Below, in pieces: positions 22,139 through 32,317 of a stretch of 64,000 bases of DNA (position 1 is the stretch's first letter; each line of letters opens with the position of its first letter). Source of the DNA: an uncultured Chloroflexia bacterium (GTDB lineage Bacteria; Chloroflexota; Limnocylindria; Limnocylindrales; CSP1-4); the NCBI GenBank assembly GCA_963749705.1, contig CAVVNQ010000015.1, forward strand, positions 352,001-416,000. The letters run 5' to 3'. Under the pieces are notes generated by a model. That model was not told the DNA's origin. It was given only the letters and a program-made list of their open reading frames with translations, and did no database searches. Position numbers and translations under genes: made by a program.

Positions 22139-22878
22139 TGGTGCTCCGGATCGACGTCCTCACCCTGTTCCCGCCGATGGTCGAGGCGCCGTTGCGGGAG
22201 AGCATCCCGGCACGGATCCTGGAACGGGGATTGGCGGAGGTGCGCGTCCACGACCTGCGCGGGTGGGGGATCGGGCGCCATCGGCAGGTCGACGACTACA
22301 CCTACGGCGGTGGCGCGGGGATGGTGCTGCGCCCCGAGCCCGTTGCGGCGGCCCTGGCCGAGCTGCGGCAGCCGGATTCGACGGTCATCCTGCTCGATCC
22401 GGGCGGGGAGCCATTCCGGCAACCGGTCGCCCACCAGCTTGCCCTCGCCACGCATCTCGTGTTCCTGTGCCCCCGCTACGAGGGCGTCGACGAGCGGATC
22501 CGCTCGATGGTGGACCGCGAGATCTCGATCGGCGACTACGTGCTCACGGGCGGCGAGCTCGGGGCCCTCGTCGTCATCGACGCGGTGCTCCGGCTGCTGC
22601 CCGGCGCGATCGATGAGGCGTCGACCGCCGAGGAATCGTTCGCTTCGGGCCTGCTCGAGTATCCCCAGTACACCCGCCCGGCGACCTTCGACGGGATGTC
22701 GGTCCCGTCCGTCCTCGTGTCCGGCCACCACGAGCAGGTCCGGCAGTGGCGGCTGAGCGAATCATTGCGCCGGACCCTGCTCCGGCGCCCGGACCTGCTC
22801 GACGGCCGGCAGGCGACCCCCGAGGAGCGGCGGCTGCTGGCCGAGCTTCGCGACACCCCCGCCGACGAGGACCGCTGA
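22138..22878 (+). CDS. trmD: tRNA (guanine-N1)-methyltransferase
   Basis: [41 protein letters not shown]. Confidence 0.97.
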   Translation: MVLRIDVLTLFPPMVEAPLRESIPARILERGLAEVRVHDLRGWGIGRHRQVDDYTYGGGAGMVLRPEPVAAALAELRQPDSTVILLDPGGEPFRQPVAHQLALATHLVFLCPRYEGVDERIRSMVDREISIGDYVLTGGELGALVVIDAVLRLLPGAIDEASTAEESFASGLLEYPQYTRPATFDGMSVPSVLVSGHHEQVRQWRLSESLRRTLLRRPDLLDGRQATPEERRLLAELRDTPADEDR

Positions 22879-22935
22879 GCTCGCGGATCGGCGCCGGGCA
22901 CGGGCTGGCCGCCGGCCACCGCTGCCGTTCCGTGC

Positions 22936-22964
22936 CTGACACCCGGGGCGCAGCATGCTATCCT
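22936..22964 (+). promoter_or_regulatory. Sigma70-type promoter for rplS
   Basis: CTGACA-N17-TATCCT with a TG extension (TGcTATCCT). Confidence 0.6.
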
Positions 22965-23053
22965 CCGCCGTCGGCCGCGCCGCTTCGGCATGCCGCCCCG
23001 GAACCTGACAATCCGCAGCCGCGGCTGCCGACGAGCGAACAAGGACAACCCAC

Positions 23054-23398
23054 GTGAACGTGCTCAACGAGATCGTCCAGGACCAGCTCCGCTCCGACCT
23101 CCCCGAGATCACCCCGGGCGACACCGTCAAGGTCGCCGCGAAGGTCGTCGAGGGCACCCGCGAGCGCGTCCAGGTGTTCGAAGGCCTCGTCATGCGGATG
23201 CGCAACAGCGGCATCGCGTCGACGATCACCGTGCGCCGGATTGCGTCGGGCGTCGGGGTCGAGCGGACGTTCAAGCTCCACAGCCCGCGGATCGAGAAGA
23301 TCGAGGTCATCCGCCACGGCCAGGTCCGGCGGGCAAAGCTGTACTTCCTCCGCAACCGGGTGGGCAAGGCCGCGACGACGCTCCGCGAGCGCCGCTAG
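23054..23398 (+). CDS. rplS: 50S ribosomal protein L19
   Basis: [34 protein letters not shown]. Confidence 0.98.
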   Translation: MNVLNEIVQDQLRSDLPEITPGDTVKVAAKVVEGTRERVQVFEGLVMRMRNSGIASTITVRRIASGVGVERTFKLHSPRIEKIEVIRHGQVRRAKLYFLRNRVGKAATTLRERR

Positions 23399-23438
23399 CG
23401 AAGACCCGTCGCCCGGGCGGCTGTCCGGCATCGCAACT

Positions 23439-23465
23439 GCGACCCCCGCCGGGAGCGGGGGTCGT
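23439..23465 (+). terminator. Stem-loop downstream of rplS
   Basis: GCGACCCCCGC-5 nt-GCGGGGGTCGT inverted repeat; weak U tract. Confidence 0.55.
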
Positions 23466-23509
23466 GTCATGTCAGGCCCCGGGTGGTGACCGGCGGTACG
23501 CTACGTGCC

Positions 23510-24265
23510 GTGACCGCCATCGTGCCCACCCTCCGCTGGGAGCGCCCCCTGTGGCGGGCCGGTGCGACCCGGATCGTCGGCGTGGACGAGGTCGGCGTGG
23601 CCCCGACCTGCGGGGCCGTGGTCGCCGCGGCCGTCATCCTGCCACCCAACTGCCATCGGATCCCGGGCGTCCGCGACTCCAAGACGCTGTCCGCGGCGCA
23701 GCGCGAGCGACTGGCCCCGATCATCCGGCGACGCGCCGTCGCGGTCGGCGTGGGCGCCGCCTCTGTCGCCGACATCGACCGGCTCAACATCTACCACGCG
23801 ACGCACCTCGCCATGCGCCGGGCGATCGCGCGACTCGGCGGCCACGACCACGTGCTCGTCGATGGGCTCAGGATCGCCGACTTCGAGGCGCAGGTCGGGC
23901 CATACACGGCCATCGTCGACGGTGACGCGCGCGTGTACTCCATCGCGTGCGCCTCGGTCGTGGCCAAGACCGTGCGTGACCGGATGATGCGCCGTCTCGC
24001 GCTCCGCTACCCCGAGTACGGATGGGAGCGCAACGCGGGCTATGCGACCCGCGAGCATCGCGACGCCATCCGAGCCCACGGCCTCACGCCGCACCACCGA
24101 CGCAGCTGGCAGGCGCTCCAGCTCCTGCTGGCGGGCGACCAGCTCGCGCTGTTCGAGGATGCCGGATCGGACGCGGCTGCAGGCGATCCCGGCGGGCTCA
24201 CCGACGGACCCGACCCGGACGTTGCCGATGCGCTGGTCGCGGAGGCCTTCTCCGCGACCGGGTGA
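23510..24265 (+). CDS. rnhB: Ribonuclease HII (divergent)
   Basis: GVDEVG, RDSK, VDG, GDARVYSIACASVVAK, GY, HRRS; rplS-rnhB-yraN synteny. Confidence 0.92.
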   Translation: MTAIVPTLRWERPLWRAGATRIVGVDEVGVAPTCGAVVAAAVILPPNCHRIPGVRDSKTLSAAQRERLAPIIRRRAVAVGVGAASVADIDRLNIYHATHLAMRRAIARLGGHDHVLVDGLRIADFEAQVGPYTAIVDGDARVYSIACASVVAKTVRDRMMRRLALRYPEYGWERNAGYATREHRDAIRAHGLTPHHRRSWQALQLLLAGDQLALFEDAGSDAAAGDPGGLTDGPDPDVADALVAEAFSATG

Positions 24266-24324
24266 CGCAACGCCGGTCATGAGGGGATAAGCCACCGGTA
24301 CGTCGGTCCTCCGATGCTTGCGCG

Positions 24325-24726
24325 ATGGACCGGGTGCATTCGACGACAGCGCAGCGGATCGGAGATGCGGCGGAGGCGCTCGTCGCCGACCGGCTGGTCG
24401 CGGCCGGGTGGACGATCATCGCCCGGAACCTCCGGCTCGGCCGCGACGAGATCGACGTGCTCGCGAAGGATCCGGGCCCGCCTGCCGCGCTCGTCATCGT
24501 CGAGGTCCGTCGGCGGGGTCGCCGGGACTTCGGGCTGGCCGAGGAGACGCTGGATCGCCGAAAGCGCCTCGCGCTCCGCCGGGTCGTCGGTGTCCTGCGG
24601 GCAGAGCCGCGATTGCCGGATGGGCGCCGGCTGCCCCGGCTTCCGTTGCGCGTGGATCTCGTGGCCATCGACGATGCCCCGGACGGCACGCGCTCGATCC
24701 GGCATCACCGGGCGATCCGACCCTGA
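24325..24726 (+). CDS. YraN/UPF0102 family endonuclease-like protein
   Basis: GDAAE, ARNLR, EIDV, VIVEVR, RVDLVAI. Confidence 0.88.
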   Translation: MDRVHSTTAQRIGDAAEALVADRLVAAGWTIIARNLRLGRDEIDVLAKDPGPPAALVIVEVRRRGRRDFGLAEETLDRRKRLALRRVVGVLRAEPRLPDGRRLPRLPLRVDLVAIDDAPDGTRSIRHHRAIRP

Positions 24727-24787
24727 CCGATGCCCGGCGCGACCGGCGCTGCGGCCCGGGCCATGGTCCGGAGCGGCAACGGCCCTG

Positions 24788-24796
24788 TGCTACACT
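24788..24796 (+). promoter_or_regulatory. Extended -10 element for the rpsB operon
   Basis: TGcTACACT upstream of the rpsB leader. Confidence 0.6.
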
Positions 24797-24860
24797 CCGC
24801 CGCGCCGCGGAGCACCCGCGGTGCTGATTCGACGCCCGTGCGGCAGGTCGCGGCACGGAG

Positions 24861-24953
24861 CACACACGCGGATCCGTCTCCCGGCGGGACGGTGCCGGAC
24901 CAGGCGAGGAGCTCGCCGCCGGCCCCTGCAGGGGGATCCGCGGAGGAACAACC
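24861..24953 (+). ncRNA. rpsB 5' leader RNA (S2 leader / t44-like)
   Basis: CACACACG opening, closing stem CGCGGATCC(24867-24875)/GGATCCGCG(24934-24942), internal GGTGCC, then GGAGG...AACC: the layout known for S2 leaders. Confidence 0.7.
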
Positions 24954-24968
24954 GCAGGAGGTCACGCA

Positions 24969-26144
24969 GTGCCCACCGTCTCGATGCGCCAGCTCCTGGA
25001 GGCCGGCGTCCACTTCGGCCACCAGACCCGGCGCTGGAACCCCAAGATGCGCCCGTTCATCTTCGCGGAGCGCAACGGGATCCACATCATCGACCTGGCC
25101 CAGACGGTCAAGCGCCTCGATTCGGCGCTCGAGTTCGTCACCGAGACCGTCGCGCGCGGCGACAGCGTCCTGTTCGTGGGCACCAAGAAGCAGGCCCAGG
25201 AGCCGGTGATGCAGGAGGCGATCCGCGCCGGCCAGCCGTACGTGACCAAGCGCTGGCTGGGCGGGATGCTGACCAACTTCGTGACCATCAAGAAGCGGAT
25301 CGGCCTGCTCGACCAGCTCGAGGCGCGCCAGCAGGCCGGCGACTTCGATCGCCTGCCCAAGAAGGAAGCCGCGCTGCTGACCGAGGAGCTCAACAAGCTC
25401 AGCGCCATGCTCGGTGGCATTCGCAAGATGAAGCGCCTGCCGGGTGCGGTGTTCATCGTCGACCCGCATCGCGAGCGGATCGCGGTGACCGAGTCCAACA
25501 AGCTCGAGATCCCCGTGGTCGGCACCGGCGACACCAACGTCGACCCGGACGAGCTCGACTACATCATCCCGGCCAACGACGACGCGATCCGCGCCATCCG
25601 GCTGCTGTGCCAGCTGGTTGCCGACGCAGCGATCGAAGGGGCCCGCGAGCGGGCCGCCCGCGCAACCGCCGAGCCCGAGGTCCAGGAGCCGCAGGCGATG
25701 GACGAGCCCGAGTTCGACGAGTCGGCGGCTGCCGATCTCGTCGCCCAGCTGACCGCCGGCGGGACGCTTTCGTTCAACCCGGACAGCGAGGATGACGACC
25801 TGCTGCCGGGCGCCGCCCGAACACCCGAGGGCGCCACCGGGGCGGAGCCGGCTCCGCCGGCCGTCGCCGCGACGCCCGCTCCGCCGGCGGACAGCCCGGT
25901 GGCCGCACCAGCCGAGCCCGCGAAGGCGGAGGCCGGGGCATCCGCAGCCGAGCCCGCCAAGCCCGCCGCGAGGACGCCCGCCGCCAGGCGGACGCCGGCT
26001 GCCCCGAAGGTGGCCGTCGCGCCCGCGAGCGAGGCGGCACCGGCGACCGGCCGCGACGCCGGCGCCGAGGAACCGGCTCCTGCGACCGGGAAACCGGCCG
26101 CCGGGGCGGACAAGCCGGCTCCGGCCGAATCGCCAACCGAATGA
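24969..26144 (+). CDS. rpsB: 30S ribosomal protein S2 with a long Ala/Pro/Glu-rich C-terminal extension
   Basis: [38 protein letters not shown]. Confidence 0.98.
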   Translation: MPTVSMRQLLEAGVHFGHQTRRWNPKMRPFIFAERNGIHIIDLAQTVKRLDSALEFVTETVARGDSVLFVGTKKQAQEPVMQEAIRAGQPYVTKRWLGGMLTNFVTIKKRIGLLDQLEARQQAGDFDRLPKKEAALLTEELNKLSAMLGGIRKMKRLPGAVFIVDPHRERIAVTESNKLEIPVVGTGDTNVDPDELDYIIPANDDAIRAIRLLCQLVADAAIEGARERAARATAEPEVQEPQAMDEPEFDESAAADLVAQLTAGGTLSFNPDSEDDDLLPGAARTPEGATGAEPAPPAVAATPAPPADSPVAAPAEPAKAEAGASAAEPAKPAARTPAARRTPAAPKVAVAPASEAAPATGRDAGAEEPAPATGKPAAGADKPAPAESPTE

Positions 26145-26278
26145 CCTGCGCCCGGGACCGCGGTCGATCCGCCCTCCCGGGTCACCCCGCCGGCGCCCTC
26201 ACCGGCGTCCGGCGGCCCATCACGAGCACAAAGCGCGCACACTGACGGCGCGCCCACGACACAGGAGCATGAATTCCC

Positions 26279-26875
26279 ATGGCAATCACGGCCGCGACCG
26301 TCAAGGAGCTGCGCGAGCGAACCGGCGCGGGCATGATGGACTGCAAGCGTGCGCTCGAGGAGGCCGGCGGCGACCTCGAAGCGGCCGTCGCGCTGCTCCG
26401 CGAGCGAGGGATCGCATCTGCGGCGAAGAAGGCCGCGCGCGACGCCCGCGAGGGGCTCGTCAGCAGCTACATCCACACCGGTGGCCGCGTCGGCGTGCTC
26501 ATCGAGGTCAACTGCGAGACCGACTTCGTCGCCCGCACGGACGACTTCCAGCGGCTGGTCCGCGATCTTGCCATCCAGGTCGCGGGCCTCGCGCCCATCT
26601 ACGTCGATGTCGACAATATCCCCGAGGCGGACCTCGAGGCCAGGAAGGCGGAGCTGCTTACGGACCCTGCGGTGCGGTCCAAGCCCGAGGCGATCCGCGA
26701 CAAGATCATCGACGGCCAGCTGCGCAAGTGGTATCGCGACGTGTGCCTGCTCGAGCAGCCGTTCCGCGACGAGGACCGCAGCGTCCGCGACCTGGTGACC
26801 GAGAAGATCGCCACGATCGGCGAGAACATCCGCGTCCGCCGCTTCACCCGCTACGCGCTCGGGGAGGAGATGTGA
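26279..26875 (+). CDS. tsf: Elongation factor Ts (short form)
   Basis: [35 protein letters not shown]. Confidence 0.97.
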   Translation: MAITAATVKELRERTGAGMMDCKRALEEAGGDLEAAVALLRERGIASAAKKAARDAREGLVSSYIHTGGRVGVLIEVNCETDFVARTDDFQRLVRDLAIQVAGLAPIYVDVDNIPEADLEARKAELLTDPAVRSKPEAIRDKIIDGQLRKWYRDVCLLEQPFRDEDRSVRDLVTEKIATIGENIRVRRFTRYALGEEM

Positions 26876-27666
26876 CCGATCCCGGACGCGGGACGGACAC
26901 CACGCCCGGACCGACGGCGGTCCCGGATCCCGGGCGCCTCCGCTACGGCCGGATCCTGCTCAAGCTGTCCGGCGAGGCGCTGCTCGGCGACCGGCAGTAC
27001 GGCGTCGACCCGGCGTTCTGTGCGTTCATCGCCGGCCAGGTCGCCGAGGTTCGCTCGCAGGGCGTCCAGGTCGGCATCGTCGTGGGCGGCGGCAACATCT
27101 TCCGCGGGCTTGCCGCGGCGGCGCGAGGGATGGATCGAGCAACCGGCGACTACATCGGCATGCTCGCGACCGTGATGAACGGCCTCGCCCTCCAGGATGC
27201 GATCGAGCGCGCCGGGATCCCGGTCCGGGTGATGAGCGCGATCGCGATGAACGAGGTCGCGGAGCCGTACATCCGTCGCCGAGCGGTTCGTCATCTCGAG
27301 AAGGGCCGGGTTGCCATCTTCGTGGCCGGCACCGGAAACCCGTACTTCACGACCGACACCGCAGCGGCGCTGCGCGCCGTCGAGATCGGCGCCGAGGTGC
27401 TGCTCAAGGCGACCAGGGTCGATGGCGTCTACGATGCGGATCCGATGCAGCACCCGACGGCAACGCGCTACGCTCGGCTGGAGTACCAGGATCTCCTCCG
27501 GGACCAGCTCAAGGTCCTCGATGCGACGGCCGTGTCGCTGTGCATGGAGAACGACCTGCCGATCGTGGTGTTCGACCTCAACGAGCCCGACAACATCACG
27601 AGGGTCGCCCGCGGCGAGCCGGTGGGCACCCTCATCTCCGCCCACACCGGAGGAGCGACCGCATGA
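26872..27666 (+). CDS. pyrH: UMP kinase
   Basis: [25 protein letters not shown]. Confidence 0.97.
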   Translation: MTDPGRGTDTTPGPTAVPDPGRLRYGRILLKLSGEALLGDRQYGVDPAFCAFIAGQVAEVRSQGVQVGIVVGGGNIFRGLAAAARGMDRATGDYIGMLATVMNGLALQDAIERAGIPVRVMSAIAMNEVAEPYIRRRAVRHLEKGRVAIFVAGTGNPYFTTDTAAALRAVEIGAEVLLKATRVDGVYDADPMQHPTATRYARLEYQDLLRDQLKVLDATAVSLCMENDLPIVVFDLNEPDNITRVARGEPVGTLISAHTGGATA

Positions 27667-28220
27667 GCAGCGAGATCCTGACCGCGACCGAACGGAAGAT
27701 GGTCCGCGCCGTGGAGGCGATGGAGCGCGACTTCCAGGGCCTCCGCACCGGGCGCGCCTCGACGTCACTGGTGGATCGGCTGGTCGTCGACTACTACGGG
27801 ACCCAGACCCCGCTCAACCAGCTGGCCTCGATCAGCGTCCCGGAGCCCCACCAGATCGTCATCCAGCCCTGGGATCGCGGGGTGCTGGGTGCCATCGAGA
27901 AGGCCATCCAGAAGAGCGACATCGGCCTTATGCCAAACGTCGACGGCACGCTCGTGCGGCTCAACATCCCGCCGCTCACCGAGGAGCGTCGCAAGGACAT
28001 CGTGAAGAGCGTCCACAAACGCATGGAAGAGGCCCGCGTCGAGATCCGCAACCTTCGCCGCGAGGCCGCCGATGCGTTCAAGAAGGAGGAGCGTGACGGC
28101 TCGCTGGGTGCCGATGAGGCGCACCGGCAGCTGGATCAGCTCCAGAAGGTCACGGACCACGTGATCGCCGATGTCGATCGCGTCGGGGCAGTCAAGGAGC
28201 AGGAGGTCCTCGAGGTCTAG
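27663..28220 (+). CDS. frr: Ribosome recycling factor
   Basis: [26 protein letters not shown]. Confidence 0.97.
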   Translation: MSSEILTATERKMVRAVEAMERDFQGLRTGRASTSLVDRLVVDYYGTQTPLNQLASISVPEPHQIVIQPWDRGVLGAIEKAIQKSDIGLMPNVDGTLVRLNIPPLTEERRKDIVKSVHKRMEEARVEIRNLRREAADAFKKEERDGSLGADEAHRQLDQLQKVTDHVIADVDRVGAVKEQEVLEV

Positions 28221-29035
28221 TGGCCCAGGCGCCGCTCGATCGATCCCTCGCGCGACCGACCGACGCACCGCCGCTCGCGCACGAGCCGGCGGGCGACGAG
28301 CCGGCGCCGGTGACGGCTGCGCCCCTCGCGGAATCCCCGCAGCCGTCGGCCGACGAGCTGCCGCGGCACGTTGCGATCATCATGGACGGCAACCGCCGCT
28401 GGGCCCGGGCCAGGTCACTGCCCGACTTCGAGGGCCATGCCGCGGGGGAGGAGGCCGTCCGCGGCCTGCTCCAGCACGCGGTTCGGCGAGGCGTGCCGAT
28501 GCTCACGCTGTACGCCTTCAGCCGCGAGAACTGGGCTCGTTCCGACGACGAGGTTGCCGGGCTGTTCGATCTCCTCGGCCAGGCGATCCGCGAGGAGACC
28601 GATGAGCTTCGCGTGCAGGGTGTCCGGGTGCGGCTGCTGGGCCGGCTCGAGGAGCTGCCGGAGGAGACCCGGACCTCGATCAGCGAGGCGCTCGACCGCA
28701 CGGCGGGCGGAACCCGCCTGATCCTCAACATCGCCTGGAACTACGCAGGCCGGACCGAGATCGTCGACGCGTTCCGCCGGATCGCCGCATCGGGGATCCG
28801 TCCCGAGGACATCGATGAGCGGACGATCAGCGACGCGCTGTACACCGCGGGCCTGCCTGACCCAGATCTCGTGATCCGCACCGGTGGCGAGCAGCGGATC
28901 AGCAACTTCCTGATCTGGCAGTCGGCCTACGCCGAGCTCGTGTTCAGCGACCGGCTGTGGCCGGACTTCGGCCCGGACGCCTTCGACGAGGCCCTGCTGG
29001 AGTTCGCGCGCCGGACGCGCCGGTTCGGGCGCTAG
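28220..29035 (+). CDS. uppS: Undecaprenyl/polyprenyl diphosphate synthase
   Basis: HVAIIMDGNRRWA, FSRENW, IRTGGEQRISNFLIWQ. Confidence 0.96.
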   Translation: MAQAPLDRSLARPTDAPPLAHEPAGDEPAPVTAAPLAESPQPSADELPRHVAIIMDGNRRWARARSLPDFEGHAAGEEAVRGLLQHAVRRGVPMLTLYAFSRENWARSDDEVAGLFDLLGQAIREETDELRVQGVRVRLLGRLEELPEETRTSISEALDRTAGGTRLILNIAWNYAGRTEIVDAFRRIAASGIRPEDIDERTISDALYTAGLPDPDLVIRTGGEQRISNFLIWQSAYAELVFSDRLWPDFGPDAFDEALLEFARRTRRFGR

Positions 29036-29044
29036 GCGCGGCCG

Positions 29045-29872
29045 TTGCTACGCACCCGCACGCTCACCGCGCTCGTCCTCGTCCCGCCACTGATCGTCGC
29101 GCTGCTGATCGGCGTGCCGGCCGTCGCGGCGGTGCTCGGGGTCGCGGCATTCCTGGGCAGCCTCGAGGTCTTCCGCCTGCTCCGGGCCGCCGGCTACCCA
29201 TCGCAATCGTGGTTCGGTGCGGTGCTCGCGGTCGCCATCGTCCTCGAGGCGGCAGTTCGCCCCGGCGGGGACAAGGGCATCCTGCTCGTCGGGGTCGGCA
29301 CCATCCTCGCCGGGATCGGCGCCTTCGGACGTCCCGATCCGCGTGATGGGATGGTGGCCTGGATCGCGACCGTGTTCGGGGCGCTGTACGTCGGCCTGCT
29401 GAGCTTCGTGCTTTACGTCGCTGCCGCCGCGCCGCCCGTCCCGCCCGATGCCGCGCTCGCCCAGCTGGGCCCGGAGCGCGGCTGGATCCTGCTCCTGGTC
29501 GTCGGCGTGTGGACCTACGACACCGGCGCCTACCTCGTCGGGCGAAGCCTTGGCCGGCATCATTTCCTGGAGCACATCTCGCCGGCCAAGACCATCGAGG
29601 GCCTGGTCGGGGGCCTGGCCGCCACCACCGCGGTGATGGCGGCGGTCCTGGCCGGTCTCGGGCAGGAGCCGCTCGGGGCACTGGTCCTGGGCCCGCTCGT
29701 CGGGCTCGCGGCGCAGGCGGGTGACCTTGCCGAGTCGATGCTCAAGCGCGCCGCGGGCGCCAAGGATTCGGGGACGCTGATCCCGGGCCATGGAGGGATC
29801 CTCGATCGAACTGACTCATTCCTGTTCGCGGGACCGGCGGTGATGCTGTATGTCGTTGCGCTCGCCCGCTGA
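29045..29872 (+). CDS. cdsA: Phosphatidate cytidylyltransferase
   Basis: Multi-TM protein; DTGAY, ISPAKTIEG, GDLAESMLKR, KDSGTLIPGHGGILDR. Confidence 0.95.
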   Translation: MLRTRTLTALVLVPPLIVALLIGVPAVAAVLGVAAFLGSLEVFRLLRAAGYPSQSWFGAVLAVAIVLEAAVRPGGDKGILLVGVGTILAGIGAFGRPDPRDGMVAWIATVFGALYVGLLSFVLYVAAAAPPVPPDAALAQLGPERGWILLLVVGVWTYDTGAYLVGRSLGRHHFLEHISPAKTIEGLVGGLAATTAVMAAVLAGLGQEPLGALVLGPLVGLAAQAGDLAESMLKRAAGAKDSGTLIPGHGGILDRTDSFLFAGPAVMLYVVALAR

Positions 29873-31079
29873 TCCGCGCCCCCCGGGCATCGCGCTCCTG
29901 GGCTCGACCGGCAGCATCGGCCGCCAGGCCGTCGACGTCCTGGAGCGGCACGCCGACCGGTTCCGCGTCGTGGCCCTTGCCGCCGGCGCCAGTGCCGACG
30001 TCCTCTCGAGCCAGGCGCAGCGGCTCCGGCCGGCGGTCGTGGCGCTGGCCGACGCCCATGCGTCGCTCGACCTGCCCGCCGGGACGGCGCGGACCGAAGG
30101 CGACGGCGCGCTCGAGATGCTGGCAACCCGCGACGACGTCGACCTGGTCATCGTGGGCACCGGTGGCATCGTCTCGCTGCAGCCCGTGCTCGCAGCCCTT
30201 CGGGCGGGCAAGATCGTCGCCACCGCCAACAAGGAGACCCTGGTCGCGGGCGGCCACCTGGTCATGGCCGAGGCCCGGGCAAGGGCCGCCGAGCGAGCGC
30301 GCGACGCGCCCGGCGATGCGCTCGTCACCCCGCTGGCCTGGCTGCGCCCGATCGATTCGGAGCATTCCGCGATCTGGCAGTGCCTGGCCGGCGAGCCTGC
30401 GTCGGGTGTCGCGCGGATGGTGCTCACGGCATCCGGCGGTCCGTTCCTCGACGCGGCTCCGGAGGCGCTCTCCGGGGCGACCCCCGAGCACGCGCTGCGA
30501 CACCCGACATGGTCGATGGGGGCCAAGATCACGATCGACTCCGCCACCCTCGCGAACAAGGGCCTGGAGGTGATCGAGGCACACTGGCTGTACGATGTCG
30601 GCTACGACGCGATCGATGTGGTCATCCATCCGCAGAGCGTCGTGCACTCCGCCGTCCAGTTCGTCGACGGCTCCCTCAAGGCCCAGCTGGGCACCCCGGA
30701 CATGCGCCTCCCGATCCAGTATGCCCTCACCTACCCGCAACGCCTGCCGTCGCCGGCAACCCCGCCGGACCTGATCGCGATCGGGCGGCTGGACTTCCGC
30801 GCGCCGGATGAGACGCGGTTTCCTGCGTTGCGCATCGCGCGCGAAGCCGGCCGGACCGGCAGCCGCGCGTCGGCGGCGCTGATCGCTGCCGACGATGTCG
30901 CGGTGTCCCGGTTCCTCGCCGGGACGCTCGACTTCCCGGGCATCCCGCGGCTGCTCGAGGCCGCGGTCCAGCGGTACGGCGAGGGCGAGGACCAGGCTCC
31001 GGACGTCGAGACGCTGGTGGCGCTTGACCGCGAGGTCCGCGACGCCTTCGCAGGCGGGCCCGTCGGGGCGCGGTCGTGA
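29850..31079 (+). CDS. dxr: 1-deoxy-D-xylulose-5-phosphate reductoisomerase
   Basis: [37 protein letters not shown]. Confidence 0.97.
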   Translation: MSLRSPADPRPPGIALLGSTGSIGRQAVDVLERHADRFRVVALAAGASADVLSSQAQRLRPAVVALADAHASLDLPAGTARTEGDGALEMLATRDDVDLVIVGTGGIVSLQPVLAALRAGKIVATANKETLVAGGHLVMAEARARAAERARDAPGDALVTPLAWLRPIDSEHSAIWQCLAGEPASGVARMVLTASGGPFLDAAPEALSGATPEHALRHPTWSMGAKITIDSATLANKGLEVIEAHWLYDVGYDAIDVVIHPQSVVHSAVQFVDGSLKAQLGTPDMRLPIQYALTYPQRLPSPATPPDLIAIGRLDFRAPDETRFPALRIAREAGRTGSRASAALIAADDVAVSRFLAGTLDFPGIPRLLEAAVQRYGEGEDQAPDVETLVALDREVRDAFAGGPVGARS

Positions 31080-32317
31080 ACGAGCTGTTCGACTCGATCG
31101 TCACGATCCTGCTGTTCATCATCGTGCTGGGCGGCTTGGTGCTGTTCCACGAGCTCGGCCATTTCGTGTTCGCCCGCCTGGCCGGCGTCCGCGTGCTCGA
31201 GTTCGGGATCGGCTTCCCGCCGCGCGCGAGGATCCTGCGGACGGCGCCGCCATCGGCCGAGCAGCTCGAGCAGGCCGAACGGATGCGCCGCGAAGCCCAG
31301 GCTGCGCTCGAGGCGGCGGGCGACGACGAGGATCGGCGGAACGCGATCCTCGAAGCCCGGCCGGCGGACCCGATCGGGACGCAGTACACGCTCAACTGGC
31401 TGCCCATCGGCGGCTTCGTCAAGCTCGAGGACGAGGATGGTGGCGACAGCGACGATCCACGCTCGTTCGGGCGCGCCCGCCTGCCGGTCAAGCTGCTGAT
31501 CCTCGCCGCCGGGGTCCTGATGAACCTCGTGCTGTCGTTTGCGATCTTCGCCTCGATTGCGTGGTTCGCGACGCCCTACGTCGGTCTCAAGTTCGGGACC
31601 GTCGAGGCCGGCTCACCGGCACAGGAGGCCGGGCTGCGCAACGACGATGCGCTCGTGTCCGTCAACGGCGAGGCGTTCGAGTTCTACGGGCCGACGATCG
31701 TCGATGCCCTGCACGCCGACGCGGGCCAGACGGTGAGCCTGGGCGTCATCCGTTCCGACGGGACCCGCGCCACGCTGACGGCCACCCTGCGCTCACCGGC
31801 CGAGGTCGCCGCCGGCAAGGGGGCGCTGGGCATCCGGGCAGGTCCGCAGGGCTTCGAGTCGCTGTTCTACGGCGAGTACACCGGCCGGCCGCTGCCACAG
31901 GCGCTGGAGATCGGCGCCAGCGAGACCACCCGCTGGTTCGGGCTCGTACTCAGCGGCCTGGGCGATCTCGTCGGATCGGTGGCGACCGACCCGACCGCGG
32001 CACCGCCCGTCTCCGGCCCGGTCGGGATCGCGACCTCGCTGGGCGAGGTGTTCCGGGGCAGCGGGCCGATCCTCACGCTCTACGTGGCCGGCATCCTGTC
32101 GGCAAACCTGGCGCTCGTGAACTTCCTGCCGTTCCCGCCGCTCGACGGGGGACGGATGGTCGTGCTCGTGCTCAAGGCCATCCCGCGCTACGGCTCCCGG
32201 ATCTCGGTCAGGGCCGAGCGGCTCACGTACGCGATCGGGTTCATCGCCCTGTTCACGTTCCTGATCTGGATCACCGTGTTCGATGTCGTCCGCCAGGTGG
32301 GTGGCGGCACTCCGTGA
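31076..32317 (+). CDS. rseP: M50 site-2 intramembrane protease RseP (one PDZ domain)
   Basis: [29 protein letters not shown]. Confidence 0.93.
   Translation: MNELFDSIVTILLFIIVLGGLVLFHELGHFVFARLAGVRVLEFGIGFPPRARILRTAPPSAEQLEQAERMRREAQAALEAAGDDEDRRNAILEARPADPIGTQYTLNWLPIGGFVKLEDEDGGDSDDPRSFGRARLPVKLLILAAGVLMNLVLSFAIFASIAWFATPYVGLKFGTVEAGSPAQEAGLRNDDALVSVNGEAFEFYGPTIVDALHADAGQTVSLGVIRSDGTRATLTATLRSPAEVAAGKGALGIRAGPQGFESLFYGEYTGRPLPQALEIGASETTRWFGLVLSGLGDLVGSVATDPTAAPPVSGPVGIATSLGEVFRGSGPILTLYVAGILSANLALVNFLPFPPLDGGRMVVLVLKAIPRYGSRISVRAERLTYAIGFIALFTFLIWITVFDVVRQVGGGTP

Noticed and set aside
21432-22878. RimM-TrmD fusion or programmed frameshift
   Set aside because: The two genes are in different frames and trmD has its own ATG; a one-base loss in a G run explains the pattern more simply.
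26279-26875. Short EF-Ts (198 aa), and short IF2 at 35879-37786, as truncations
   Set aside because: Short forms of both are established in several phyla, and the core motifs are complete.
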